Source of the DNA: Candidatus Nanopelagicales bacterium
Lineage (GTDB): Bacteria; Actinomycetota; Actinomycetes; S36-B12; UBA10799
Assembly (NCBI GenBank): GCA_039812085.1
Contig: JBDHZU010000001.1
Coordinates: 570 to 64,569 of the forward strand
DNA length: 64,000 nucleotides
Direction of reading: 5' to 3'
Shown here: in pieces, positions 1 through 8,062 of the stretch
How positions within the stretch are numbered: position 1 is the stretch's first letter
Layout: every line of letters begins with the position of its first letter
Made by a program: the position numbers and the translations under genes
Notes under the pieces: model-generated
Told to the model about the DNA's origin: nothing
The model's input: the letters and a program-made list of their open reading frames with translations, nothing else
The model's database searches: none

Positions 1-720
1 CATTGGATTGGCGATCTGTTCCACCGGCACCTATCGCTGTATCTGACCCGAGAGTTCCTCCGTTTCGGATTCACCCCCAACGCAGTGACGGGCGTGATGA
101 TCGTGATGGGTTGGATCGCTGCTGGATGCCTGCTTATCCCAGGACTTATCGGAGCGTTCCTCGGTCTGCTGATCGGCCAACTGCAGATGATCACCGACTG
201 CTGTGACGGCGAGCTCGCCCGATGGCAGCAGCGGACGAGTCCGGTGGGCGTATTCCTCGACAAGATCGCGCACTACTCAACTGAAGCTTTCATCGCTGTA
301 GCGTTGGGCTTCCGGGCGGCTGGGGATCTTTCCTTCAACGGCCCATGGCCCTGGCTTGGCGCTGTGCTCGCTGTCATGTTGCTACTGAATAAGGCCCAAA
401 ACGACTTCGTTCATGTGGCGCGGGCTTACGCCGGATTACCGAGGGTCAGCGAAGAACCGGGAGTGTTCCGTCCGCAAGGTGGATTGATCGGAGCCGCTCG
501 ACGCGCTGCTCGATTCCTACCGTTCTACAAACTGTTCCACTCCATCGAACTGACCATCGCCATCTTCCTCGCCGCTGTGATTGACACATTCATTGGCGAT
601 CTGACCGCAACTCGCTGGCTCACGGTGGCGCTCTTGGTCTTCGCGACACTGGCTGCGTTTGGTCACTGTGCCTCGATCCTGGCGTCCAGCCGACTGCGAC
701 AGTCCCCGGAGGACACATGA
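1..720 (+). CDS. CDP-alcohol phosphatidyltransferase family membrane protein (5' end lies outside the window)
   Basis: Frame 1 is open from nt 1. The signature D-x2-DG-x2-AR-x8-G-x3-D-x3-(D) lies at nt 196-273, with the last Asp replaced by His (CAC 271-273). Several hydrophobic helices are present. The stop overlaps the next start (ATGA, 717-720). Confidence 0.8.
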   Translation, partial: HWIGDLFHRHLSLYLTREFLRFGFTPNAVTGVMIVMGWIAAGCLLIPGLIGAFLGLLIGQLQMITDCCDGELARWQQRTSPVGVFLDKIAHYSTEAFIAVALGFRAAGDLSFNGPWPWLGAVLAVMLLLNKAQNDFVHVARAYAGLPRVSEEPGVFRPQGGLIGAARRAARFLPFYKLFHSIELTIAIFLAAVIDTFIGDLTATRWLTVALLVFATLAAFGHCASILASSRLRQSPEDT

Positions 721-1586
721 CGACGGTGAGCGTGGTCGTCCTCACCATGGGGCACCGCCCAGAGGAATTAGCCCGCGGTCTGGCATCCCTAGCGGAACAA
801 ACCAACGTCGAACTAGAAATTGTGTGCGTAGGCAATGGTTGGGAACCAACTGGCCTGCCAGATGAGGTCACCGGGGTCTACCTGCCAGAAAACCTCGGTG
901 CCTGCTCAGGCCGAAATGCAGGTGCGGCAGCGACCAGTGGCGACATCTTGTTCTTCTTCGATGACGATGCCTGGCTCACCGATCACACCATGATTTCCCG
1001 TGCCGTCGACACCTTCCAGCGATTGCCTGAACTCGGCATCTTGCAACCCCGCGTCCATGACCCCACAGCGCCGACTGATCCCACTCGATGGATTCCCCGA
1101 ATCCGCAAGGGCGACCGGTACCGATCGAGTCCGGCGTTCTCGGTATGGGAAGGCGCGTTGTTCGTGCGTCGGAGCGTGTTCGATGCCGCCGGTGGCTTTG
1201 GTGACGAGTTGTTCTACTACCACGAGGGAATTGAACTGGCCTGGCGCTGCTGGGACCACAACCACAAGGCGTGGTACGGCGCAGAACTGGAAGCCCATCA
1301 TCCCGCCGCTGAACCGACTCGGCACGCGATGTTCTACCGGATGAATGCACGCAATCGGGTGTGGGTGGCCCGACGAAATCTGCCCCTCCCACTCGTTCCG
1401 ATGTACGTCGGAGTGTGGGCACTCAACGACCTTCGCCATCTTCGTGGTGAGCAGAAAGCGCAAGCCCGCCGCGCTTGGATGGATGGCTGGAAAGAAGGTT
1501 GGCGCGAAGATCCAGGGCCACGACGCCGAATGTCGTGGGGAACCGTCTGGCAAATGACGCGCCGGGGCCGTCCACCGATCGTTTAG
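717..1586 (+). CDS. Glycosyltransferase family 2
   Basis: N-terminus VSVVVLTMGHRPEELARGLASLAEQ is typical of GT-A/GT2. A DDDAW (DxD) motif is present. The gene is translationally coupled to the upstream gene. Confidence 0.85.
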   Translation: MTTVSVVVLTMGHRPEELARGLASLAEQTNVELEIVCVGNGWEPTGLPDEVTGVYLPENLGACSGRNAGAAATSGDILFFFDDDAWLTDHTMISRAVDTFQRLPELGILQPRVHDPTAPTDPTRWIPRIRKGDRYRSSPAFSVWEGALFVRRSVFDAAGGFGDELFYYHEGIELAWRCWDHNHKAWYGAELEAHHPAAEPTRHAMFYRMNARNRVWVARRNLPLPLVPMYVGVWALNDLRHLRGEQKAQARRAWMDGWKEGWREDPGPRRRMSWGTVWQMTRRGRPPIV

Positions 1587-1633
1587 CTGGCACGGACTGA
1601 TCCGCAGTTATTCTGGATCGTCAATCCAAACCG

Positions 1634-3574
1634 TTGGTCGGGGGCAGTGTGGGAGCTATCAGTCGCCTGGTGCGCACATCACTGGCCGATCGACGAGCCC
1701 GTAAACAGGCCATCGCCAACGACTTGGGGCACGCCAACGTCCCTGCCCAGACCTATCGCGGACTTATCTACTACGGGCCGGGAGAAGCGACGACCTACCA
1801 GGTCGAACGGTGGATGCCTGCCCTAGAAGCAATTGCTGCGGAATACCCGCTAGTCATCGTTACCCGTCAACCAACTGCTGCTCTGGTCTTACAAGAATCG
1901 TGTCCGCTGCCTGTGGTGTACATCCGCACCAACGATGAAGTCCAACAGTTCGCCCAACGTCAGCAACCGGATGTTGCGTTTTACGTCAACAACACGATGT
2001 CTAACTACACGTTGCTGGCTAACAGCGGCCTGACCCATGTCACGTTGGGGCACGGCGAATCAGACAAACTCGCATCGACGAGCAATAACTTCAAGAGCTA
2101 CGACTTCACCTTTATCGCAGGAGAGGCGGGACTGCGTCGACTCGCCATTGGCTTGTTGTCCTTCGATTGGAAAAAACACGTTCGAATCGTAGGTCGCCCG
2201 CAGGTGGACGAATTTATTGCCGGACCACCCTTACCCAACGACGACCGCACCACCGTTCTCTACGCCCCCACGTGGGAGGGCGACAAACCCAACGTGCGCT
2301 ATGGGTCTGTCGAGTCACATGGAAAGGCCATCACGAAAGCCATCACGGATACGGGTCGTCATCGGCTGATTTATCGCCCCCATCCACTCATCGGAAGCGT
2401 GCGACCACAAACGCTGCAGGCCCATGAAGAAGTAGTCGCAATGATCACTGCCGCAAACGCCGCAGACCCCAGCGCATCGCACCTGGTGGACACACAGACC
2501 CCGTTCGGGTGGCACCAGCATGTGCTCGATGCCTGCATTTGCGATGTATCCAGCGTCGCTATCGATTGGATGGCCAGTGGCAAACCGCTGATCGTCACCC
2601 ATCCCGCTGCGGCGAGCACGACGGTCGATGACAGCGGTATCGGGCGCTATCTCGACCTCATGGACAAGACAGAGGCAGCAAACGCAGCCACCCTCATCGA
2701 TACGTTCATGACCGACGGCATGCCCCAGACCTATCGAGATCTGATCTGGTACTACTTCGGCGACATCACTGCGGACTGTTCTACCCAACGTTTCCAGCAA
2801 GCTGTGCGGTCGTTGTTCAACCCCCAGCCAGCACCTGATTCGCTGGATGCACCGACGGTTCCTTCTCACCAATCGACGGGTGTTGCCCACCGTTCGAAGC
2901 AACGACGCATTGACGTCTCGGCGATCGCCACAAAGCTTCGTCACTCCGTTAAAGAGAAAGCTTTAGACACCCGGTTATCGACCGAGCTACCCATCGATCA
3001 GATTGCTGGGGTTGTCTACGCCCCCAGTGGGGATTCTGCATCCAACGCACTGATCGAACGACTGGCGATGATCGAACAAATTTCAGCCGCGTCTCCGCTG
3101 ATGTTCGTATCCAGAAGTGCGCGTAATACCGCTCGACTTCAGCAAGCGACAAACCTGCCAGTTGCGTACACCCGCCCACTGAGTTCAGTCATCGAGGCCT
3201 CGTTGACGTTGCAGCCAACGTTTGCCCTCTACTTCAAACATGTGAACTCCAACTTCCATCTGTTGTCGATTCCCTCCCTCACCCATGCCTACGTCTTGGG
3301 AGACAACCCGGACGCCGATCTGACGAATCAACTCAAGGGTTACGACGTCGTCATCGCATTCAGTCCACAACAGCGGGACGAGGCAGTCCAACGCGTGAGT
3401 GGATTGGATCCAGCGTGCGTCATCGTCGTCGGCGAACAGGGAGAACTTCCCATCGCACAGATCGGTTCTTATCTCGCTGAGTTCAATGCACAAGCCAAAC
3501 GACAGCAAGACGATCTGACAACCCAGATGCGCAAACTGGAACTGACCGACAGCGCACTGGATGCGATCAGTTGA
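1634..3574 (+). CDS. TagF/TarL-like CDP-alditol:poly(alditol-phosphate) phosphotransferase with an extra degenerate C-terminal copy of its N-domain
   Basis: Motifs GHGESDK, LYAPTWEG and YRPHP are typical of CDP-glycerol glycerophosphotransferase family enzymes. It is a paralogue of 5436-6644. Residues ~459-600 repeat residues ~44-170. The TTG start is uncertain. Confidence 0.85.
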   Translation: MVGGSVGAISRLVRTSLADRRARKQAIANDLGHANVPAQTYRGLIYYGPGEATTYQVERWMPALEAIAAEYPLVIVTRQPTAALVLQESCPLPVVYIRTNDEVQQFAQRQQPDVAFYVNNTMSNYTLLANSGLTHVTLGHGESDKLASTSNNFKSYDFTFIAGEAGLRRLAIGLLSFDWKKHVRIVGRPQVDEFIAGPPLPNDDRTTVLYAPTWEGDKPNVRYGSVESHGKAITKAITDTGRHRLIYRPHPLIGSVRPQTLQAHEEVVAMITAANAADPSASHLVDTQTPFGWHQHVLDACICDVSSVAIDWMASGKPLIVTHPAAASTTVDDSGIGRYLDLMDKTEAANAATLIDTFMTDGMPQTYRDLIWYYFGDITADCSTQRFQQAVRSLFNPQPAPDSLDAPTVPSHQSTGVAHRSKQRRIDVSAIATKLRHSVKEKALDTRLSTELPIDQIAGVVYAPSGDSASNALIERLAMIEQISAASPLMFVSRSARNTARLQQATNLPVAYTRPLSSVIEASLTLQPTFALYFKHVNSNFHLLSIPSLTHAYVLGDNPDADLTNQLKGYDVVIAFSPQQRDEAVQRVSGLDPACVIVVGEQGELPIAQIGSYLAEFNAQAKRQQDDLTTQMRKLELTDSALDAIS

Positions 3575-3577
3575 GGA

Positions 3578-4576
3578 CTACTTGAACTTCTGTCGCTTGA
3601 TAACCCAAGGACTCGCACCACTCGCGTCGTAGGACGCAACGCTGATTTCCCAGTTGGTCTTGAAGACGTTTTCTTTCACTTTGATGCTGCGAGCATTGGC
3701 TTTAGCCGTGACGAAGTACTGCTTCGTCCAGGCGCGCTTGTCGGTGCTGTAGTGCCGGTATCCGATGCGATAAGCGGTAACAGCACGTGCGTTTACCCGA
3801 GGTGCCACCCACTTGACCTGGACCCATTTCTTCTTCTTGAACTTCAACTTGACGCCACTGACCGGGCCAGCCTGGACCGGCTTTGGCCAACATGACGTTC
3901 CCTCACTGCTGACCGTGCGCGTTTGATAGGGGACCCGGTCCCAATTGGAATAACCCAGTTTCTTGGGGAATGTGACCTGGCGTCCGTCCAGGCACGCCCG
4001 CAGTTCTCCTGGGTAATCAGACTGCAGAACAGGACGCAGGCCGTTAGTTCTCACGGAGAAGTGCAACGAATTCGAGTTGCAGTGGTCTCCCCCGAAAGTT
4101 CCGATGACAGTGTTTTGATTAACCACTTGCCCCTCGCGGACTTTCAGGATTCCGAGGTGCACATATCGACTCGTATTGCCACCTCCGTGGTCGATCCAGA
4201 CTGTTCCACCACGGCACTGCGATAGAACCGGCTTGACCTCGATGTGTGCAATCCCTCCACCAGCCGCGTAAATATCCTGTCCACGAGGAGCTGTAAAGTC
4301 CAATGCCCAATAGCCGTGGTCTGGCTTTCCGTTGGTCGTGCAGTTCGTCTTTACGCAGCCCAACAAAGCAGCCTTGCGGGTAGGGAGATAGACCGGGCGT
4401 GTGAATACATCCGCCACGGGCACGGCCCGCGATTCCACCTGAATCTGCCTTGTCTGCGCCTGGGCGGCCGAAGGAATCATCACTGCTGTCAACGCAAGGC
4501 CAGTCGCCACGGCACCAACGAGTGCAACCGCACCGATACCGGGTGTCTTTGTCTGGACTGACGACGCCATGAACAT
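3578..4576 (-). CDS. Secreted M23-family metallopeptidase with C-terminal fibronectin-III-like domain
   Basis: A signal peptide (GIGAVALVGAVATGLALTAVMIPSAAQAQ) follows Met47 of the ORF. M23-like motifs IDHGGGNTSRYVHL and NSLHFSV are present. The C-terminal region is beta-rich and FN3-like. Start chosen at ATG 4576; ATG 4570 is also possible. Confidence 0.75.
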   Translation of the reverse strand: MFMASSVQTKTPGIGAVALVGAVATGLALTAVMIPSAAQAQTRQIQVESRAVPVADVFTRPVYLPTRKAALLGCVKTNCTTNGKPDHGYWALDFTAPRGQDIYAAGGGIAHIEVKPVLSQCRGGTVWIDHGGGNTSRYVHLGILKVREGQVVNQNTVIGTFGGDHCNSNSLHFSVRTNGLRPVLQSDYPGELRACLDGRQVTFPKKLGYSNWDRVPYQTRTVSSEGTSCWPKPVQAGPVSGVKLKFKKKKWVQVKWVAPRVNARAVTAYRIGYRHYSTDKRAWTKQYFVTAKANARSIKVKENVFKTNWEISVASYDASGASPWVIKRQKFK

Positions 4577-4737
4577 GTCGTCGGATCCACGACGTGCAGT
4601 CTTGAACAACGAGTGTTTACCCACGGTAAGGACCATGCACCCAAAATTGTTCTCATGCAGATCTTTGTGGCATTGCGGTGATCTGATGTCTGCAGCCTCC
4701 ATACTGAACGTCATCCAATGTCTGCGATCGGAGACCT
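4577..4737. promoter_or_regulatory. Divergent intergenic region (M23 peptidase <-> LicC-like gene), which must carry both promoters
   Basis: 161 nt lie between divergent starts, and the stretch looks lower in GC by eye. An imperfect inverted repeat TGCAGATC...GATCTG(atgt)CTGCA is present. No -10/-35 assignment was attempted. Confidence 0.4.
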
Positions 4738-5439
4738 ATGACACGCGTCAATGCGGTCATCTTGGCTGCCGGAATGGGCACACGACTCGGCCGACCATTC
4801 CCCAAGCCGCTTACTCCTCTTGACGAGGGTCGGAGCATTCTGCAGCAACAGCTCGACAATCTCCGCCAGGCTTTTGGGCCAGACGTCAAAGTGACAGTCG
4901 TCGTGGGGTTCAAACTTGAACTCATCATGGAAGCAGCCCCCGACGCCGTCTTCGTTTACAACGAACTGTTCGACCAGACAAACACCTCGAAAAGTCTGCT
5001 CAAGGCGTTGCGTGCCAGCGACGAGGGTCCCGTCGTTTGGATGAACGGGGATGTCGTCTTCGATGCCGCGGTCCTCGAACGTTTACAGACCAACCTCGAT
5101 GCGGGGCAAACTGCCATTGCCGTGAATACCGCCAGCGTGGGAGAAGAAGAAGTGAAATATGCAGTTGACGACCGTGGCCTGGTCTCGCAACTGAGTAAGC
5201 AAGTGTCGAACGCATTGGGCGAATCCGTCGGAATCAATGTGGTGTCCGCTGCCGATAAACCCGCACTCATCTCTCGACTAGACGAATGCGGAGACCAGGA
5301 TTATTTCGAACGTGGGATTGAACTCGCAGTTGCCCAAGATGGGCTTGCTGTCCACCCCGTCGATATCTCCGATCTATTTGCCGTAGAAGTTGACTTTGAA
5401 GAGGATTTGGAACGCGCCAACCGTCACGAACGATCATGA
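4738..5439 (+). CDS. LicC-like nucleotidyltransferase (CTP:phospho-alcohol cytidylyltransferase family)
   Basis: N-terminal AVILAAGMGTRLG signature. YNELFDQTNTSKSL and C-terminal FAVEVDFEEDLERA align with my recollection of S. pneumoniae LicC. There is a 4-nt overlap with the next gene. Confidence 0.75.
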   Translation: MTRVNAVILAAGMGTRLGRPFPKPLTPLDEGRSILQQQLDNLRQAFGPDVKVTVVVGFKLELIMEAAPDAVFVYNELFDQTNTSKSLLKALRASDEGPVVWMNGDVVFDAAVLERLQTNLDAGQTAIAVNTASVGEEEVKYAVDDRGLVSQLSKQVSNALGESVGINVVSAADKPALISRLDECGDQDYFERGIELAVAQDGLAVHPVDISDLFAVEVDFEEDLERANRHERS

Positions 5440-6644
5440 GGCTGCGTTCGGACTTGCGGGCGCTACGGCAGCGCGCAAGTGAACGTCGAGCAGCAAGCCG
5501 GATTGCTCCCCGACAAGCAGCCGATCAACGGTTCGCAGAAAACGATCTGCAGATTCTCGTCTACTTTTCCGACGAGCCAGCCCACCTCTACCAACTGCGC
5601 CGATGGCTTGATTCATTATCCAGACTCAATGAAACGCGACCCGTCGCGATCGTTACGCGCTATGCCTTGACTGCCGAACAACTGCTCAAACAGACCCACC
5701 TGCCGGTGTACTGCTCCCCACGGCATCTCGGGCTGGATCCATTGATCGCCCGCAACGACATCCGACTCGTGTTGTACGTGAACCACCACAAGGGAAACCT
5801 CGCCATGCTGTGGCATCCCGACCCGGTACACGTCTATATCGGCCATGGCGAATCCGATAAGTACGGAATCTCCGCATCTAATCAACTCAAGGCCTACGAC
5901 TACACATTCGTTTCTGGACAGGTCGCCGTTGACCGCATCAAACGACGCCTCTACGACTACGACGCAGACACTCGACTCTTGCGGATCGGTCGCCCATGGC
6001 GAGAAGAACCACTGGAAACACCACAGTTGCCCCAAGATGATCGAACGGTTGTGCTGTACGCCCCCAGTTGGGAAGGAGACCGGGATGCAAACTGCTTCGG
6101 TTCTGTTCTCAGTCACGGCAAGGCCATCGTTGACGGACTGTTGAACGACTCCAATTATCGATTGGTGTTCCGTCCGCATCCCCTCACCGGACAACGAAGT
6201 TCTGTCTACCGAGAAGCCGCTGCTGAGCTCATGGTGGCGATCGACGCAGCTAACTCAGCCGATGCTCAGGCAGGTCATGTCATCGATAAGGGGGCAGAAC
6301 TGTCCTGGCAGTTCCATGAAGCAGACATTGCGATTGCTGATATCTCTGCGGTAACAACTGACTGGCTCGCCACTGGTAAGCCACTACTGGTCACTGCGCC
6401 CGACGAGTCCGTCATTCGCGACCCCGACGGGATTGATTCCCGATTACCTCTGTTGAGCACTGATGAGGCTGCTGACATCGTGAAAGCGATTGATACTGCA
6501 CGTTCCGACGGAAGGCTTGCCGCCCAATCTCAGGTTGTCCAGGCCTATTTTGATGAAACCGATCCAGATCGCAGTCAACAACTGTTCGAGCAGGCAATCT
6601 CCACCCTGATCGACAGGCGACGGGCACAACAAGCTGCGCGCTAG
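5436..6644 (+). CDS. TagF/TarL-like CDP-alditol phosphotransferase (paralogue 2)
   Basis: IGHGESDKYG, VLYAPSWEGD and FRPHPLTG motifs, collinear with residues 40-400 of the 1634-3574 protein. Confidence 0.85.
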   Translation: MRLRSDLRALRQRASERRAASRIAPRQAADQRFAENDLQILVYFSDEPAHLYQLRRWLDSLSRLNETRPVAIVTRYALTAEQLLKQTHLPVYCSPRHLGLDPLIARNDIRLVLYVNHHKGNLAMLWHPDPVHVYIGHGESDKYGISASNQLKAYDYTFVSGQVAVDRIKRRLYDYDADTRLLRIGRPWREEPLETPQLPQDDRTVVLYAPSWEGDRDANCFGSVLSHGKAIVDGLLNDSNYRLVFRPHPLTGQRSSVYREAAAELMVAIDAANSADAQAGHVIDKGAELSWQFHEADIAIADISAVTTDWLATGKPLLVTAPDESVIRDPDGIDSRLPLLSTDEAADIVKAIDTARSDGRLAAQSQVVQAYFDETDPDRSQQLFEQAISTLIDRRRAQQAAR

Positions 6645-8053
6645 CGACTGACGGGATCGACCCTTCGAACGTCGAAGATGTGGCCGGTCTGGCTGGAAAT
6701 CAACACGTCCAACGATGCCTGTGCGACTGCCTCACTGGCGAGCAGGGTTCCTGGCGGCTCATTGCCGAACGCATTCGTTCGCATAGGCGTGCTGGTCCGC
6801 TCAGGATTGATGCAGTTCACTCGAATACCGGTCTGTGACCATTCATCAGCCAATGCCTGCGTCAGGTTGACCACGGCAGCTTTCGCCGAGGAATACAACG
6901 AGTACCCCGAGCGCCCTCGGGTGTACGAACTCGACGTGAACAGCAACAACGATCCCTTGGTCTGTTCCAAGTACTCGGCACATTGCTGGGCGACAAACAC
7001 CGGAGCGAGGTAGTTCACTTCCGTGGAGTGGTAGACCGTTTCTTCACTTGTGGTTGCCAAATCACCGCGCGGCAGGACTCCCGCAGTGTTCACCACAAAA
7101 TCGATTCGGCCAGTCTTTGCTACAACTGATCGCAGGGCATCGCGGATATCGTTGCGCTTCTCAACGTGAGTGTTGGTCGTTGATCGAGAGAATGCATGAA
7201 CCTCGCAGCCGTAACTGCTGGCCAGGTCTCCGATATCTGAACCGATCCCATAAGAACCGCCGAAGATCACCATGACCTTGCCATCAAGAATCTCTCGGTA
7301 CTGCTCAGGCGTACGAGCGGCAGGAGCTTCGTTGGAGGCCAACTGGAAGAGCTTGTCCGCCAGGAACACATCGATTGGTTCAGTGACCTTCATGTTCTGC
7401 TCGTCGCCTCGAACCACAGCGATGGGTTCATCGGGCAAATAGCGCAGCACTACGGTGCAGTCATCAGTGGCGGCGAAGTTCTCGTCCGCAGCAGCGAGCT
7501 CATATGCCTTACGGATGACTGATAGACGGAAGGCCTGCGGGGTCTGCCCACGACGCAGGAGGTGTCGAGGCAAGACATCAGTGATGGTCTCGAGTCCGTC
7601 AGATCCGGTTTGTTCAGTGACTTCAATGATCGTGTCAGCAGACGGAATCGCCGTATCGACGGCGCCGTATCGTTCCAGAGCACTAATGAGATCAGTGATG
7701 ATTCGGCCCGACAGCAACGGGCGAACAGCATCGTGGAAGAGAACGTTGCACTCGCCATCTCCCAGGGCATCAATAGCGAGCTGAGTCGTTCCGTTACGGG
7801 TCTCGGCACCTTCCAAAACACTGGTGACTTTGGGATAGCTACCGGACTTCACGATCGCGTGAATCGAGTCCAGATGACCAGGCGTCATCATGATCAAAAT
7901 TTCATCAATGTCCGGGTGATCGTGCAGAAGCGCAATCGTATGCTCGACGATCGGACGGCCAGCAATCTTGATGAGCTGCTTCGGAATGTCTAACCCGACC
8001 CTGGTACCTACGCCACCGGCCAACACCACAGCAACATTTCGGGTCTGCGTCAT
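6641..8053 (-). CDS. Bifunctional CDP-ribitol synthase-like protein (IspD/TarI cytidylyltransferase fused to an SDR reductase; Bcs1 architecture)
   Basis: The N-terminus VAVVLAGGVGTRVGLDIPKQLIKIAGRPIVEHT matches IspD/TarI. The C-terminal half has SDR motifs GGSYGIG (NAD(P) binding) and YSSAKAAV (YxxxK). The stop overlaps the convergent stop of 5436-6644. Confidence 0.8.
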   Translation of the reverse strand: MTQTRNVAVVLAGGVGTRVGLDIPKQLIKIAGRPIVEHTIALLHDHPDIDEILIMMTPGHLDSIHAIVKSGSYPKVTSVLEGAETRNGTTQLAIDALGDGECNVLFHDAVRPLLSGRIITDLISALERYGAVDTAIPSADTIIEVTEQTGSDGLETITDVLPRHLLRRGQTPQAFRLSVIRKAYELAAADENFAATDDCTVVLRYLPDEPIAVVRGDEQNMKVTEPIDVFLADKLFQLASNEAPAARTPEQYREILDGKVMVIFGGSYGIGSDIGDLASSYGCEVHAFSRSTTNTHVEKRNDIRDALRSVVAKTGRIDFVVNTAGVLPRGDLATTSEETVYHSTEVNYLAPVFVAQQCAEYLEQTKGSLLLFTSSSYTRGRSGYSLYSSAKAAVVNLTQALADEWSQTGIRVNCINPERTSTPMRTNAFGNEPPGTLLASEAVAQASLDVLISSQTGHIFDVRRVDPVSR

Positions 8054-8062
8054 CAGCCAAAC

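Noticed and set aside
906-1553. A long antisense or alternate-frame ORF. Similar cases are 2315-2944, 5616-6194, 12425-13030, 25204-25839, 27016-27639, 27576-28265, 33406-33939, 34354-34962, 35116-35685, 39646-40419, 54277-55023, 59034-59756 and 61222-61857.
   Set aside because: Each overlaps a gene with strong family motifs on the other strand or frame. Each also has an Arg/Pro/Ser/Gly-rich composition with no recognisable domain. These are shadow ORFs expected in GC-rich DNA.
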